A stretch of DNA of 64,000 nt from an uncultured Chlamydiae bacterium (GTDB lineage Bacteria; Chlamydiota; Chlamydiia; Chlamydiales; JAJFMB01): the NCBI GenBank assembly GCA_963696295.1, contig CAVOJR010000001.1:3040001-3104000 (forward strand), written 5' to 3'. The notes beneath the pieces are model-generated. The model saw only the letters and a list, made by a program, of their open reading frames with translations. It was not told the DNA's origin and made no database searches. This document shows, in pieces, positions 18,207 through 28,436 of the stretch (positions are counted from its first letter, which is position 1; each line of letters opens with the position of its first letter). A program made the translations under genes and the position numbers.

Positions 18207-19214
18207 ATGGAATCTCAAAAATTTATCCCTGAATCTCGCGAAGAGCTGTTCATGCTTGGCAATCTCCATATTGCCTCAAGAGCGATCCATTTCTTCACTA
18301 AGGTGCCGATCGCAGACTTCCTTTTGGACAGGGCGAAATCCTCCCAAGAGATCGCCGAGCGGTTTCAGTTGGAAAGGGAGGCTTTGCACAAGCTCCTGCG
18401 CCTGCTTTGCTCCTTCCAGATCCTGAAGGAAGAAGAGGAGGACCTTTTCTCCCTCACCGCTGTGGGAAAATATCTTTGCCATAGCCATCCCGAATCGTTG
18501 AAAGACCTGCTCTTTTGGGATGAGACGAGGTGGGCGCCCCTTGGGAAATTAGAAGATACTCTCAAAACAGGATCGGAGGCATTTTCTCTTCTTTATGGAG
18601 AAAAGTACTTTGATCACCTCTCCAAAAATCCGGAGCTTCAACTCGCCTTTGATCAACATATGCGCTCTGTTTCGCAGGAGGAGAATCAAATCCTGGCCAA
18701 GACGCTGCCGCTAAAAGACTTTGCCCAAGTGATGGATGTGGGAGGCGGGGAAGGGGGGCTTTTAGCCGCGATTCTCGCAAAACACCCTTCGATGCATGCT
18801 ATTCTCTTCGATCTTCCCGAGACCGTAGATGCCGCTAACGCCGCCTTGCAAAAGAAATTTCCCGGACGAATCACATGCCTGAAAGGGAGTTTTTTTGAGC
18901 CCATCCACGCTGCGTGCGATGCGGTCATTCTGAAACGGGTGCTGCACGACTGGAACGATGAACAGTGCGTCGAGATTTTGAGGCAAGTGAAAAGAACACT
19001 CCCGGCAAACGGGAAGCTCTTGATCATCGAGGCGGTGCTTAAAGGGCGGGAAGACAGCCCTTTGATTCGGCTGTTTGACCTTTTCCTTCTGAATGTCTTT
19101 GGGGGGAAAGAAAGGACGCTTGCCGACTATCAGAAGCTGCTCGTCAACGCCGGATTCAAGTTCTCAGAGCTGATTGAAACAAGCTCCTCGATGAGCATCC
19201 TCGTGGCTCACTGA
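18207..19214 (+). CDS. SAM-dependent O-methyltransferase (dimerisation + Methyltransf_2 type)
   Basis: DVGGGEG, FDLPE, GSFF, KRVLHDW, GGKERT. Confidence 0.92.
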   Translation: MESQKFIPESREELFMLGNLHIASRAIHFFTKVPIADFLLDRAKSSQEIAERFQLEREALHKLLRLLCSFQILKEEEEDLFSLTAVGKYLCHSHPESLKDLLFWDETRWAPLGKLEDTLKTGSEAFSLLYGEKYFDHLSKNPELQLAFDQHMRSVSQEENQILAKTLPLKDFAQVMDVGGGEGGLLAAILAKHPSMHAILFDLPETVDAANAALQKKFPGRITCLKGSFFEPIHAACDAVILKRVLHDWNDEQCVEILRQVKRTLPANGKLLIIEAVLKGREDSPLIRLFDLFLLNVFGGKERTLADYQKLLVNAGFKFSELIETSSSMSILVAH

Positions 19215-19361
19215 GGGCCCTCTTGGCAAAGTAAATCCCCAGATTGTCGTCAAACCAGAAACACTTATAATAATTTTTATAATATTTAACATTCTATTAA
19301 CAACTTTACTAAAAAAGATGAATTTAGTATATTAATCAAAACATTTTATCATGGGTTGTTT

Positions 19362-20126
19362 ATGAATATAGCTGAAATTACCTCCACTTATGGTGCTTAT
19401 GGGTTGGATGTTCTCTCGAATATTCAGGCGCGCGATCTCAAAATGACTTTTAATTCAACCACAAAAATATTTACTCTGACAGGCAGCTCCTCATTAGAGA
19501 AAGCAAAAGTAAATGCGATCTTCAAACAGGTAGAAAACGAAGTTTGGAAGCCTATGCTCTGCGAGAGGGCGTCCTTGGAGGATTATACCTTTCAATTGGT
19601 AGAATCGGACCCTTATGATTATGAAATCAAAATTCGTCGTCCTGGCGAGACCGACCGTCACTTTGAAGCGAGAAAAATTGTGGCCATTATGCAGGAAGCG
19701 ATGTCTATTGAACTTGAAGGCAAACAGGTGATCGATGTTGGTTGCAGAAGCTGTGAAAATACGATTGTCATGGCAGAGGCAGGAGCAGCCGTGGTAGGCA
19801 TTGATCCTGATAGCACGGAATTTGTTACGAATGGGAAAATTGAGCTTGCCCAAGCAACTTTGCAAGAATACGTAGTCGCCAATCCTGACAAGAGGTTTGA
19901 TCTTGCTACTGTCTTTTTATGGAATATCAACAGGGAAAAAGAGGAATTTGTTAAATCATTAGCAAGCATTATCGAGCCAAATGGTCAAGTGATTATTGGG
20001 TGGGTTGATGATGAGTATGACTCTTTACCCTCTTTAATTAAGGCTGCATTTGGGAACGTGAAGTATTATAAATTTCGCGATACTCTAAACTGCAAGATGG
20101 TGAAGTGCTCTAGGCCAAAGCGCTAA
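19362..20126 (+). CDS. Class I SAM-dependent methyltransferase-like protein with unknown N-terminal half
   Basis: VIDVGCRS, VVGIDP, FDL motifs. Confidence 0.7.
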   Translation: MNIAEITSTYGAYGLDVLSNIQARDLKMTFNSTTKIFTLTGSSSLEKAKVNAIFKQVENEVWKPMLCERASLEDYTFQLVESDPYDYEIKIRRPGETDRHFEARKIVAIMQEAMSIELEGKQVIDVGCRSCENTIVMAEAGAAVVGIDPDSTEFVTNGKIELAQATLQEYVVANPDKRFDLATVFLWNINREKEEFVKSLASIIEPNGQVIIGWVDDEYDSLPSLIKAAFGNVKYYKFRDTLNCKMVKCSRPKR

Positions 20127-20177
20127 GTTGCCCCCCCCCGTTGCCATAATAAGTCTTTTTAATGTATATTGCTGAAT

Positions 20178-20459
20178 ATGAATATTAACGAGAAGTTCTT
20201 TAGAGACTTTACTGCGGCTGATTTCCAAAGAGAAGCGGCGCATATGTATCTGATTGCTTCCATCTGTCACCAGACATTGCAGCAAAAAGCGGAGTATTTG
20301 GCCGATTATCTTCAGCGGAAACTGGGCGTTTTGAAAGAACGTTCCACTCCTTACCTATATTCAGCTTTTTCAGAGCCGGACGGCAGGCGGGTTTGTGAGA
20401 GAATCACTGAACTTCTGAAAATATATCACCAAAGCCTCTTTCCTCTGATAGATAAGTAG
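20178..20459 (+). CDS. Hypothetical protein
   Basis: Short ORF directly upstream of 20474; no motif. Confidence 0.5.
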   Translation: MNINEKFFRDFTAADFQREAAHMYLIASICHQTLQQKAEYLADYLQRKLGVLKERSTPYLYSAFSEPDGRRVCERITELLKIYHQSLFPLIDK

Positions 20460-20473
20460 ATATTAGGAGAAAT

Positions 20474-22480
20474 ATGACAACATCTATAGACGCTTTTGTC
20501 GGTTCCACGAATCCGAACAAAGTGCAGGCAGTTTTTGGAACTCTTCAAAAATTTCACTCCGGGAGCACGGTCAAAGTAATCCCCTGTAACGGCAAACCGG
20601 GTATCGTAAAGTGGGGATCGCAAGAGGCCGTCGGTCAGCCTTTTGGCGGGAGGCAAACGGCCTTCGGTGCCATCAATCGCATGAATGATTGTTGGCAGAA
20701 CCAGTTCAAAACAACCTATGCCATCGGTTTAGAAAATGGGTTAGTCCGGTCTATAGAAGTTGGCAAACAGGGACAAAACTGGTTTGATGTCTGTTTTATA
20801 GCTGTCCGGAGCAATGTTCCTGGATCCTCTATCGTCATCAAACGGGGAGCTTTTGTTCAAACCGAGTTTGCGCCTCCTGAAAACAGCAATCAGGAAGCCT
20901 TTGATAAAGCGGTTCGCGCTTATCACGCATGTATTATGCCGCAAATTAACAACAATACAGATCTTTATCTCGGGTGGACAAAAAATAACCCCGATGGTCC
21001 CCGCACGAGATCCGATTACCTGAGCCAATGTCTGAACGAAGCGCTCAAAGAACAATCGATTGTCCAGGAAGCGCATCAAATCGTCAAGCGGTGTGTCGAA
21101 GCGGGAATGGCGGCTTCGGCAGGACCCCGATACCGCCATATGTTATGGACAAGAGATCTGGCGTATATGGCCCCGGTATACTTGCAAGAGGGGTATGACG
21201 ATCAATTCTTAACCGCGCTAAGAAACCTGAAAGCCGCTCAATGCAACAAACATGAGTCTTATAACAATGGATATGAATCGTTTGACCGGTTTGGCAATTT
21301 GCCGATTGTCTGCATCCCGCAAGAGAATCAAGCCCATTTTCTGAGGCAGCGCCTCCGCGGCACTGAGGAGGAGCCTTTTTGGCAAAGGCAGCTCAAGAAT
21401 TTTTGCCAGGAGAAGTGCCCCGATAAGTTTTTTCCTGACAAAGATTTAGAGTCTCTTTCGCTTGCAGAGCTGACATCTTATTATCATGAACTGCTGGCAT
21501 TTCAAAAATCACTTAACATGGCTGAGGCGCCTAGACCCTCATTTGCCCTTCAAAAATTCATCGAGGGCACCTTGGAAAATTTAACGCCCGGGACGCGAGA
21601 CAGTGAAATTCATTATATCAGAGCCTTCCTTACCTTTGTTAAGCGGCATCCTGAAAAGAAGGAGCAGCTGCTGGAGGAATTTGGCGCCTCTATTGCCGGA
21701 GCCCTCAGTTATTTGTTCGCGAATGTGATTGATTCTGAAGATGGTTTGCCTCTTGGCGCCGATTCCCGAGATATTTTTGCCGACCTCTTGTATGACTCAA
21801 AAGTTCTTTCCAATGCCCTATTTTGGTATCAAACGCTCGAACTTCTGCAGGAGCATGTCGAACTGAAGATTCCACAAGGGGAATTAAGCCGGCTTAGAAG
21901 TTCCATCCAGAATAAATTGTTATTCCATGGAGGGGAATTCGCGCCTCGTGATTTCATTCCCGGAAGGCGTGCCGGCCTTGTAGATCATCCGGTCAATCCG
22001 TCGCCCGTTGATAAGATTATTACCGAGGACAACCCAACTTTTATCCATGGAAAAACAGTAGATGGTCAGTCGCTTGCGCTCGCGGTTTTAACCGGTCTGA
22101 TCGATGCGCAGTATTACAATAAGGTGATTGATTATTTTGAAGCTGCAGATTCTCCCATTGGGGTTCGGGTCTTCGCCCCGATTAGCGGCAAAACAGATAA
22201 AGAGTCTTTGCTGCTGAAGGAGGTGAAGGGCCAAGTAGTCTGGCCGCATGTCTCCTGGTCGATCGTGCGGGCATTGATTAAGATGGGAACGGAACGATCC
22301 CTGAACATGGCTGAAGAGCAAAGAGATAAGTTGATGCGGCTTGGGGGATGCGGCGAATGGTACGCCATCGACCCCAGGACACAAGCGTGTATTCGCGGGG
22401 GTGATTCCCAGCAAGGATGGGCGGCGACAGGCATGATCATGGCGATTGACGATTTTTATCGCTATTACGCGACGATTTAG
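20474..22480 (+). CDS. YjjX/DUF84-like NTPase fused to a six-hairpin glycoside hydrolase domain
   Basis: VGSTNPNK, QPFG..QT..GA.NR, IGLENG; then LWTRD, NALFWY, GQVVWP, GEWY, QGWAA. AGGAG SD. Confidence 0.7.
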   Translation: MTTSIDAFVGSTNPNKVQAVFGTLQKFHSGSTVKVIPCNGKPGIVKWGSQEAVGQPFGGRQTAFGAINRMNDCWQNQFKTTYAIGLENGLVRSIEVGKQGQNWFDVCFIAVRSNVPGSSIVIKRGAFVQTEFAPPENSNQEAFDKAVRAYHACIMPQINNNTDLYLGWTKNNPDGPRTRSDYLSQCLNEALKEQSIVQEAHQIVKRCVEAGMAASAGPRYRHMLWTRDLAYMAPVYLQEGYDDQFLTALRNLKAAQCNKHESYNNGYESFDRFGNLPIVCIPQENQAHFLRQRLRGTEEEPFWQRQLKNFCQEKCPDKFFPDKDLESLSLAELTSYYHELLAFQKSLNMAEAPRPSFALQKFIEGTLENLTPGTRDSEIHYIRAFLTFVKRHPEKKEQLLEEFGASIAGALSYLFANVIDSEDGLPLGADSRDIFADLLYDSKVLSNALFWYQTLELLQEHVELKIPQGELSRLRSSIQNKLLFHGGEFAPRDFIPGRRAGLVDHPVNPSPVDKIITEDNPTFIHGKTVDGQSLALAVLTGLIDAQYYNKVIDYFEAADSPIGVRVFAPISGKTDKESLLLKEVKGQVVWPHVSWSIVRALIKMGTERSLNMAEEQRDKLMRLGGCGEWYAIDPRTQACIRGGDSQQGWAATGMIMAIDDFYRYYATI

Positions 22481-24258
22481 AGGAAATCCTCCAGCAGCTC
22501 ATTGGGGTCTGAGCTCCCTCCGCGGCCGATGATTTTCGACAGATAACGCTCCCCCATATGGGGATCTAAAAGACCGCCGTGCGACTTGATGTAGTTAAAG
22601 ATTTTGAGGGCTAATTGCTTGGACCAGGGATAGCTGTAATACTTGGCTCCGTAAGAAGTCAAATGGCCAAAGGCGCATAAATAATGATTTTCGGCGTCAT
22701 AGGCGATAATTTGCGGCGTGGATTCAAAAACCTCCTTCACAATAGACTCAAGGTCCTTATCTTTGCCCGCCTTGAATAAGTTTAAAGAGAGTCTGGCATA
22801 GTGGATTTCCGTGCCGGTATGGTCGCTGTCTCCCCCTGTGGCCGGATGGGCGGCGTCTTTTTTGCCTCTTGAGGCGATCAGGCTATCGATGAGAACGTCG
22901 GGCAACGGTTCTTTGGTCTGATAATGGCAGCTTATCCTTTTAAGAATGTCGCGGTCCCACATCCACTCCTCCAATAATTGGGACGGAGTTTCTATGAAAT
23001 CCATTGTGGTGTTGTAGGCCGCTTTGGTGGGCATCTCCGCCTTCCCAAAAAGGGCGTGGAGGGCATGGCCGAATTCGTGGAAGAAGGTTTTCACTTCATG
23101 ATGCATGAGATGGGCTGATTTGGAAAAATTGGCGATGACCACGGCAAGGGCCGGCGCATATGTTTGGCCCTGATCGAAACTCATCGGCGGAATGATACAG
23201 TTGCAGCAGCAATGGGAGTACTTATTTTCCCTGGGAAAGAGGTCAAGCAGCACCTCGCCGGCCAGGGATTGATGGCGGAAAACTTCGATCACCTGGACCG
23301 AAGGGTCCCAATATTCCCCTTTGCGGAGTTGAAATTTGAGATCAAAAAACTGCTCGTAGACATGGAAAAGCCCTTGAAGCGTCTCTTCCAGGGGAAAATA
23401 CTCCGCGATCTGGTTTTCATCTATCTGCTTATGGAGATACGCCGCGTCCCACCCATTGATTTGACTTAACCCTTCCCAGGCGCTTTTGATTTTGGGATGC
23501 GCTTCTTCCGATAGGCGGTCCAAAAAGGCTTCGACCCGTTCCACTGTCCGGGCCATTTCCGGTGCGATATCGTACTCCGCAAAGGAGTTATAACCCAAAA
23601 GCTTTGCCAGGTCGTCGCGGCAATTGATGATTTTCGTCAAAACTTCCAGATTTTGGGGATAGCCCCGGTTATGGAAGCGATGATAAAAATCGCGCCGCGT
23701 CTCCTCATCCGGACAGTTATGCATGACCTCGTAGTACGTGGGATAGTCCAATGAGGAGGAAATATTAGTCTGAAATTGGATCGACAGCAAGGCGATCTGC
23801 TTCTGCAAATCTTTTAATCTCTCATACTCTTGCGGGTTCAAATCAAGCCCCGCTCTTTGAAACGCCTTCACGGCATTTGTCAAGTAGTACTCTCTTTCGG
23901 GATTCAGCCCCTCTTTTTTGGTTTCAAATTCCCTAAAAGCGCGGTACATCTCTTTATTGGTTTCAAAGAGGTCGATTTGAAGTTTCCACCAGTCGGCAAG
24001 CAGGCCTTCGGCTGCTTTTCGAATGTTGTCATCGGGATGCACCATTTTCAGCGTGGCGATTGCGCTGCCATGGATCCGGAAATAGGCCAGGGTCCGATCA
24101 TACGCGAGAACGGTATTTTCAAAGGTGCGCTCTTTAATGGAAGCAATCTGCCCGATGCGCCCCGTGACAAGACTTTGAACCGCTTGGAAATTAGCCTCTA
24201 ATTCCTGGGCAGTTTTGGGAAAAAGAGCAAATTCAGCCTGCGCCGGCTGAACTATCAT
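22477..24258 (-). CDS. M3 family (thimet/oligopeptidase A-like) metallopeptidase
   Basis: FFHEFGHALH, DFIETPSQLLEEW, YYSYPW. Confidence 0.92.
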   Translation of the reverse strand: MIVQPAQAEFALFPKTAQELEANFQAVQSLVTGRIGQIASIKERTFENTVLAYDRTLAYFRIHGSAIATLKMVHPDDNIRKAAEGLLADWWKLQIDLFETNKEMYRAFREFETKKEGLNPEREYYLTNAVKAFQRAGLDLNPQEYERLKDLQKQIALLSIQFQTNISSSLDYPTYYEVMHNCPDEETRRDFYHRFHNRGYPQNLEVLTKIINCRDDLAKLLGYNSFAEYDIAPEMARTVERVEAFLDRLSEEAHPKIKSAWEGLSQINGWDAAYLHKQIDENQIAEYFPLEETLQGLFHVYEQFFDLKFQLRKGEYWDPSVQVIEVFRHQSLAGEVLLDLFPRENKYSHCCCNCIIPPMSFDQGQTYAPALAVVIANFSKSAHLMHHEVKTFFHEFGHALHALFGKAEMPTKAAYNTTMDFIETPSQLLEEWMWDRDILKRISCHYQTKEPLPDVLIDSLIASRGKKDAAHPATGGDSDHTGTEIHYARLSLNLFKAGKDKDLESIVKEVFESTPQIIAYDAENHYLCAFGHLTSYGAKYYSYPWSKQLALKIFNYIKSHGGLLDPHMGERYLSKIIGRGGSSDPNELLEDFL

Positions 24259-26825
24259 CCCTTGATCACAATGTTTAACAACTTGTTCGGAACAAAAATT
24301 AATTTAACGATCTCCTGTCCGTCGATAAAGCGCTGTACGGTCTCCAAATCCTTCGCGAGGGCGAAAATTTCATCCTGGTTCCGGTCTTTTGGCAGATCAA
24401 AGCGGCCGCGCAGTTTTCCGTTCACCTGAACGACATAAGTCACCTGCTCATCTTCCAGGTATTTCTTGTTCAATTCTGGGAAAGGGCAATAGCTCAGCGA
24501 TTCGGTGCAGCCCAAGTGCTCCCAGAGCTCCTCGGCAATATGCGGCGCGAAAGGCATCAGCGCCTGGGTCGCCATCTTCACAACTTCCCTCGGGTATTGG
24601 GGAAGCTTGGTGATCTCGTTGATGAATTCCATCATTTTGGCGATGGCTGTGTTAAATTGCAGAGCCTCAATATCTTGAGAAACAAAGTGTACGAGGCGGT
24701 GTCCGAGTCTCATGGCCTGCTCATTCTCCTCGTCAGTCACCTTTTCCGAAGTGGCCATATCGTAAAAACGGGAGAGAAAACGGAGGCAGCCGGTGACAGC
24801 GTCGGTGCTCCACGGTTTTTCTTTCTCGAAAGGTCCGATAAACATGCCATAGAGACGGATGGCGTCGGCGCCAAACTCCTCGATGAGTTCATCGGGCGAA
24901 ATCCCGTTCAGTTTCGATTTCGACATTTTATCGATCTGGCTTTTCAAAGGCTCTTTGGTGACGCGATGGAAATATTTCCCTTCCCGCTCCTCCACTTCCG
25001 AGGGATCGACATAGACGCCGTTGCTCTGTTGATAGGAGCGCGCCGTGACCAGCCCCTGGTTGCGCAATTTTTGGAACGGCTCCGGGGTGTGGACATAGCC
25101 CAAATCGTAGAGGACTTTATGCCAGAATCTGGCGTAGAGCAGATGCAGCACGGCGTGCTCCACCCCTCCCACATAAAGATCGACGGGCAGCCAATACCGC
25201 TCCGCTCTTTGGCTCCAGGCCTCATTTTGGTTGCGCGGATCGCAAAAACGGAGATAGTACCAGCAGGAGCCGGCCCATTGCGGCATGGTATTCGTTTCGC
25301 GAAGAGCTTTCTTGCCCGTTTTTGGGTCGGTGACTTCTACCCATTCTCTCACCTTGGCCAGCGGGCTTTTGCCGTCGCCGCTAGGTTTGTAATCGGAAAT
25401 TTCCGGCGGAGAAAGGGGCAGTTCATCGAGTTCCAAAACCCTTTTTGAGCCATCTTCAAAGTGCAGAATCGGAAAGGGTTCAGCCCAGTAGCGCTGCCGG
25501 GAAAAGAGCCAGTCGCGGAGTTTGTAATTGACTGTTTTAAGGCCGGCATGATGGTTTTCAAGCCATTTGGTTACAGCGTCGATCGCCTGATCCATGCTGC
25601 TTGTGCCATTCAAAGAGAGATCGGCGTTTTTGCTGTTAATATAGGTTCCCTCCCCGCTCCAGCAGGCGTCTCCAGCCATAACCAGTTTACGGAACTCTTC
25701 TAAATTGGCTCCTTCAGGGACAAATTCTTTGAAGTTCTCAAAATCGGGCTCAAAAACGGCGCGCACAGGCAACCGGTAGACTTTGGCAAAATCGAAATCG
25801 CGCTGATCGTGCGCGGGAACGCCCATCACCGCCCCGGTTCCATAACCCATCAAAACATAGTCGCCGATCCAGATAGGCACTTTTTCCCCGTTGACAGGAT
25901 TGATCGCATAGGCGCCTGTGAATACACCGGTTTTCTCTTTGGTCGCTTCAGTCCGGTCCATGTCGCTCTTCAGCGAGGTTTGCTTCTGGTAGGCGTGAAC
26001 CTGCTCTTTTTCAGTGGAGATCTTTTCCACCAACGGATGCTCCGGCGAGAGCACCATGTAAGTCACCGCGAAAAGGGTGTCCGGCCTGGTCGTAAAGACG
26101 GTGATCTTCTCATCCTTTCCATCCACTTTGAAATCGATCAGCGCCCCTTCGCTTCTACCGATCCAGTTCACCTGTAATTTTTTCAATCCTTCCGGCCAGT
26201 CGATCATTTCCAGATCTTTGAGGAGGCGGTCGGCGTAGGCGGTGATCTTTAAAACCCATTGCCTTAAAGGTCTTCTTTCCACAAGGTGGCCGCCCTCTTT
26301 AGCGCGTCCGTTTTCCACCTCTTCGTTCGCGAGCACAGTGCCTAAAGCCGGGCAGTAGTTGACCAGCATGTCGGCTTCGTAAGCCAGCCCCTTTTCGTAA
26401 AGCTTCGTGAAAATCCACTGGGTCCATCTGTAGTAGTCGGGAGAGCTCGTGGCGATTTCGCGGCTCCAGTCGTAGCTGTAGCCGACCGCTTGCAGCTGCT
26501 TGCGGAAGTTATCGATATTTTTCTGCGTGCTCTCTCTTGGATGGGTGCCGGTGCGGATGGCGTATTGTTCGGCGGGCAGGCCGAAGCTGTCCCAGCCCAT
26601 GGGGTGCAGAACGTTGAAGCCCCGCTGCCTTTTATAGCGGGTGACGACATCGGTCGCGGTGTAGCCGACTAAATGCCCCACATGCAAACCGGATCCCGAA
26701 GGATAGGGAAACATGTCGAGGATGTAGTATTTCGGCTTGCTGTCATCAATGCCGACTTCAAAGGTTTTCTTCTCTAACCAAAACTTTTGCCATTTCGGTT
26801 CAATTTTTTTATGATCGTATTTCAT
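24255..26825 (-). CDS. leuS: Leucine--tRNA ligase
   Basis: MFPYPSGSGLHVGH, GTGAVMGVPAHD, KMSKS. Confidence 0.98.
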   Translation of the reverse strand: MKYDHKKIEPKWQKFWLEKKTFEVGIDDSKPKYYILDMFPYPSGSGLHVGHLVGYTATDVVTRYKRQRGFNVLHPMGWDSFGLPAEQYAIRTGTHPRESTQKNIDNFRKQLQAVGYSYDWSREIATSSPDYYRWTQWIFTKLYEKGLAYEADMLVNYCPALGTVLANEEVENGRAKEGGHLVERRPLRQWVLKITAYADRLLKDLEMIDWPEGLKKLQVNWIGRSEGALIDFKVDGKDEKITVFTTRPDTLFAVTYMVLSPEHPLVEKISTEKEQVHAYQKQTSLKSDMDRTEATKEKTGVFTGAYAINPVNGEKVPIWIGDYVLMGYGTGAVMGVPAHDQRDFDFAKVYRLPVRAVFEPDFENFKEFVPEGANLEEFRKLVMAGDACWSGEGTYINSKNADLSLNGTSSMDQAIDAVTKWLENHHAGLKTVNYKLRDWLFSRQRYWAEPFPILHFEDGSKRVLELDELPLSPPEISDYKPSGDGKSPLAKVREWVEVTDPKTGKKALRETNTMPQWAGSCWYYLRFCDPRNQNEAWSQRAERYWLPVDLYVGGVEHAVLHLLYARFWHKVLYDLGYVHTPEPFQKLRNQGLVTARSYQQSNGVYVDPSEVEEREGKYFHRVTKEPLKSQIDKMSKSKLNGISPDELIEEFGADAIRLYGMFIGPFEKEKPWSTDAVTGCLRFLSRFYDMATSEKVTDEENEQAMRLGHRLVHFVSQDIEALQFNTAIAKMMEFINEITKLPQYPREVVKMATQALMPFAPHIAEELWEHLGCTESLSYCPFPELNKKYLEDEQVTYVVQVNGKLRGRFDLPKDRNQDEIFALAKDLETVQRFIDGQEIVKLIFVPNKLLNIVIKG

Positions 26826-26895
26826 TTGTTTTTTCTTGGTTGACTTGCGATAATCATATGGGAAGAAAGAGAAAAAAAGCAATCCAAAAGGCCTA

Positions 26896-28224
26896 TTATC
26901 TAGAATTTGACAGAGCCTGGTATTCCCGGCTCGAATCGATCACATGGCGGGATAGGCTGAAAATGGCAATCACGTTGATCAGAAGCATTGAGGTGACGGC
27001 GATATCGGCAAGGGTCCAAACCATTTCCACCTTGATCAGAGCGCTGAGAGGAACGAGCGCAATAAAAACATACCTGAACAGATGGCTTTTCCCGGTCCCA
27101 AAGAGATACTCTGTCGCCTTTTCTCCGCAATAGGCATACGCCAGAATCGAGGTGTAGGCAAAGAGGATCAGGCTGATCAAAACAATATAGTACCCCGATG
27201 AGCCAAGACCCTGGGTGAAGGCGTGGACAACCATATTGGTGCTCTTAAGCCCGGGTTCCTGCCAGGCGCCGGTTACAATCAGGACAAGGCCGGTAGCTGT
27301 GCAGACGATCATGACCATAAGGGGGGCGATCAGGGTGGCAATGCCATCGACAACGGGGTGCTCCGAACGGGAGCTGGCCTGCAAAATAGGGGCGATCCCC
27401 GTCCCCGTGTCCGTGGCGAAAAGGCCTCTATCAAAGCCGGTCGTGAGCGCTTTGAGTACGCTGACCCCCATAAACCCGCCAGCTATCGAAGAGAAGCCAA
27501 ACGCATGGGCAAACATCAGCTTAAAGGCGGGGATCACCTGATCGTAGTGGTAGAGGATAATCAACAGGGCGGCCCCAAAATATAAAATCGCTTTAAAAGG
27601 CACGACGTAGGAGGCGAAGAAGGCGACCCGTTTGATCCCTCCGAAGAGGACTATACCGACAAAGGCGGCTATAAGGATGCTGCAATAGAGAGGATTAAAG
27701 CCCATCGATTCCAAAGGGAGAATGATAGAGTTTATCTGGGCAAAATTCCCCACGGCTATAGAACCAAAAATTGTCAGAGCCGCAAAAAGAAACGCGAGCT
27801 TTTTGTACCCGAGTCCATCGTGCAAATAGTACATCGGCCCCCCGACAAATTCATTATTCCCCTTATTCCTCCGGTAGCGAACCCCGAGGATACAGCTGGC
27901 ATACTGAATGGCTGCCCCAAAAAAGGCCATCACCCACATCCAGACAAGAGCTCCCGGCCCTCCCATCGTCAAAGCGACGGCCATGCCGGAAATATTCCCC
28001 GTTCCAAAATTCCCGGCCAGGACCGCTGAGATCGCCTCGAACCGGCTGATGCTCCCCTCCGCCTGACTCTGCCTGATCATCACTTTAATGCTGTTTTTTA
28101 GCTGCCTGATTTGGACAAAGGGCAATTTGTAGGTGAGATAGATCCCAAGGCCTAAGATCGCAGGAAAGATCAGAAATAGAGTAAAGGTGTGGTTAAAAAA
28201 CTCTAAAACTTCAAGAATTGACAT
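26896..28224 (-). CDS. Alanine/glycine:cation symporter (AgcS/AlsT family)
   Basis: GTGNISG.A.A...GGPGALVWMW, GGPMYY. Confidence 0.92.
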   Translation of the reverse strand: MSILEVLEFFNHTFTLFLIFPAILGLGIYLTYKLPFVQIRQLKNSIKVMIRQSQAEGSISRFEAISAVLAGNFGTGNISGMAVALTMGGPGALVWMWVMAFFGAAIQYASCILGVRYRRNKGNNEFVGGPMYYLHDGLGYKKLAFLFAALTIFGSIAVGNFAQINSIILPLESMGFNPLYCSILIAAFVGIVLFGGIKRVAFFASYVVPFKAILYFGAALLIILYHYDQVIPAFKLMFAHAFGFSSIAGGFMGVSVLKALTTGFDRGLFATDTGTGIAPILQASSRSEHPVVDGIATLIAPLMVMIVCTATGLVLIVTGAWQEPGLKSTNMVVHAFTQGLGSSGYYIVLISLILFAYTSILAYAYCGEKATEYLFGTGKSHLFRYVFIALVPLSALIKVEMVWTLADIAVTSMLLINVIAIFSLSRHVIDSSREYQALSNSR

Positions 28225-28291
28225 AAATTCCTATACAATTTATTGATTAACACTATTATTTTAAACAAATTGTATTAATTTATTATAAATC

Positions 28292-28398
28292 TCATTTAAC
28301 TTGCCTATTTCCAGAGTTTCTGGCCACTTTCGGTTCAATTTTTTTATGATCGTACTTCATTTGCCAATCTGGTATAGTGTGTTTTTATTGGTTGACTT
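28292..28398 (-). pseudogene. Degenerate duplicate of the leuS 5' end and upstream sequence
   Basis: ATG 28360 gives MKYDHKKIEPK, identical to LeuS residues 1-11, then frameshifts to a stop at 28292. Confidence 0.75.
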
Positions 28399-28436
28399 CA
28401 GAACAACCCCGTGCAATACTAAAGGTTATCATTACT

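Noticed and set aside
24516..25448. 310-aa plus-strand ORF
   Set aside because: Fully antisense to leuS, with no motif.
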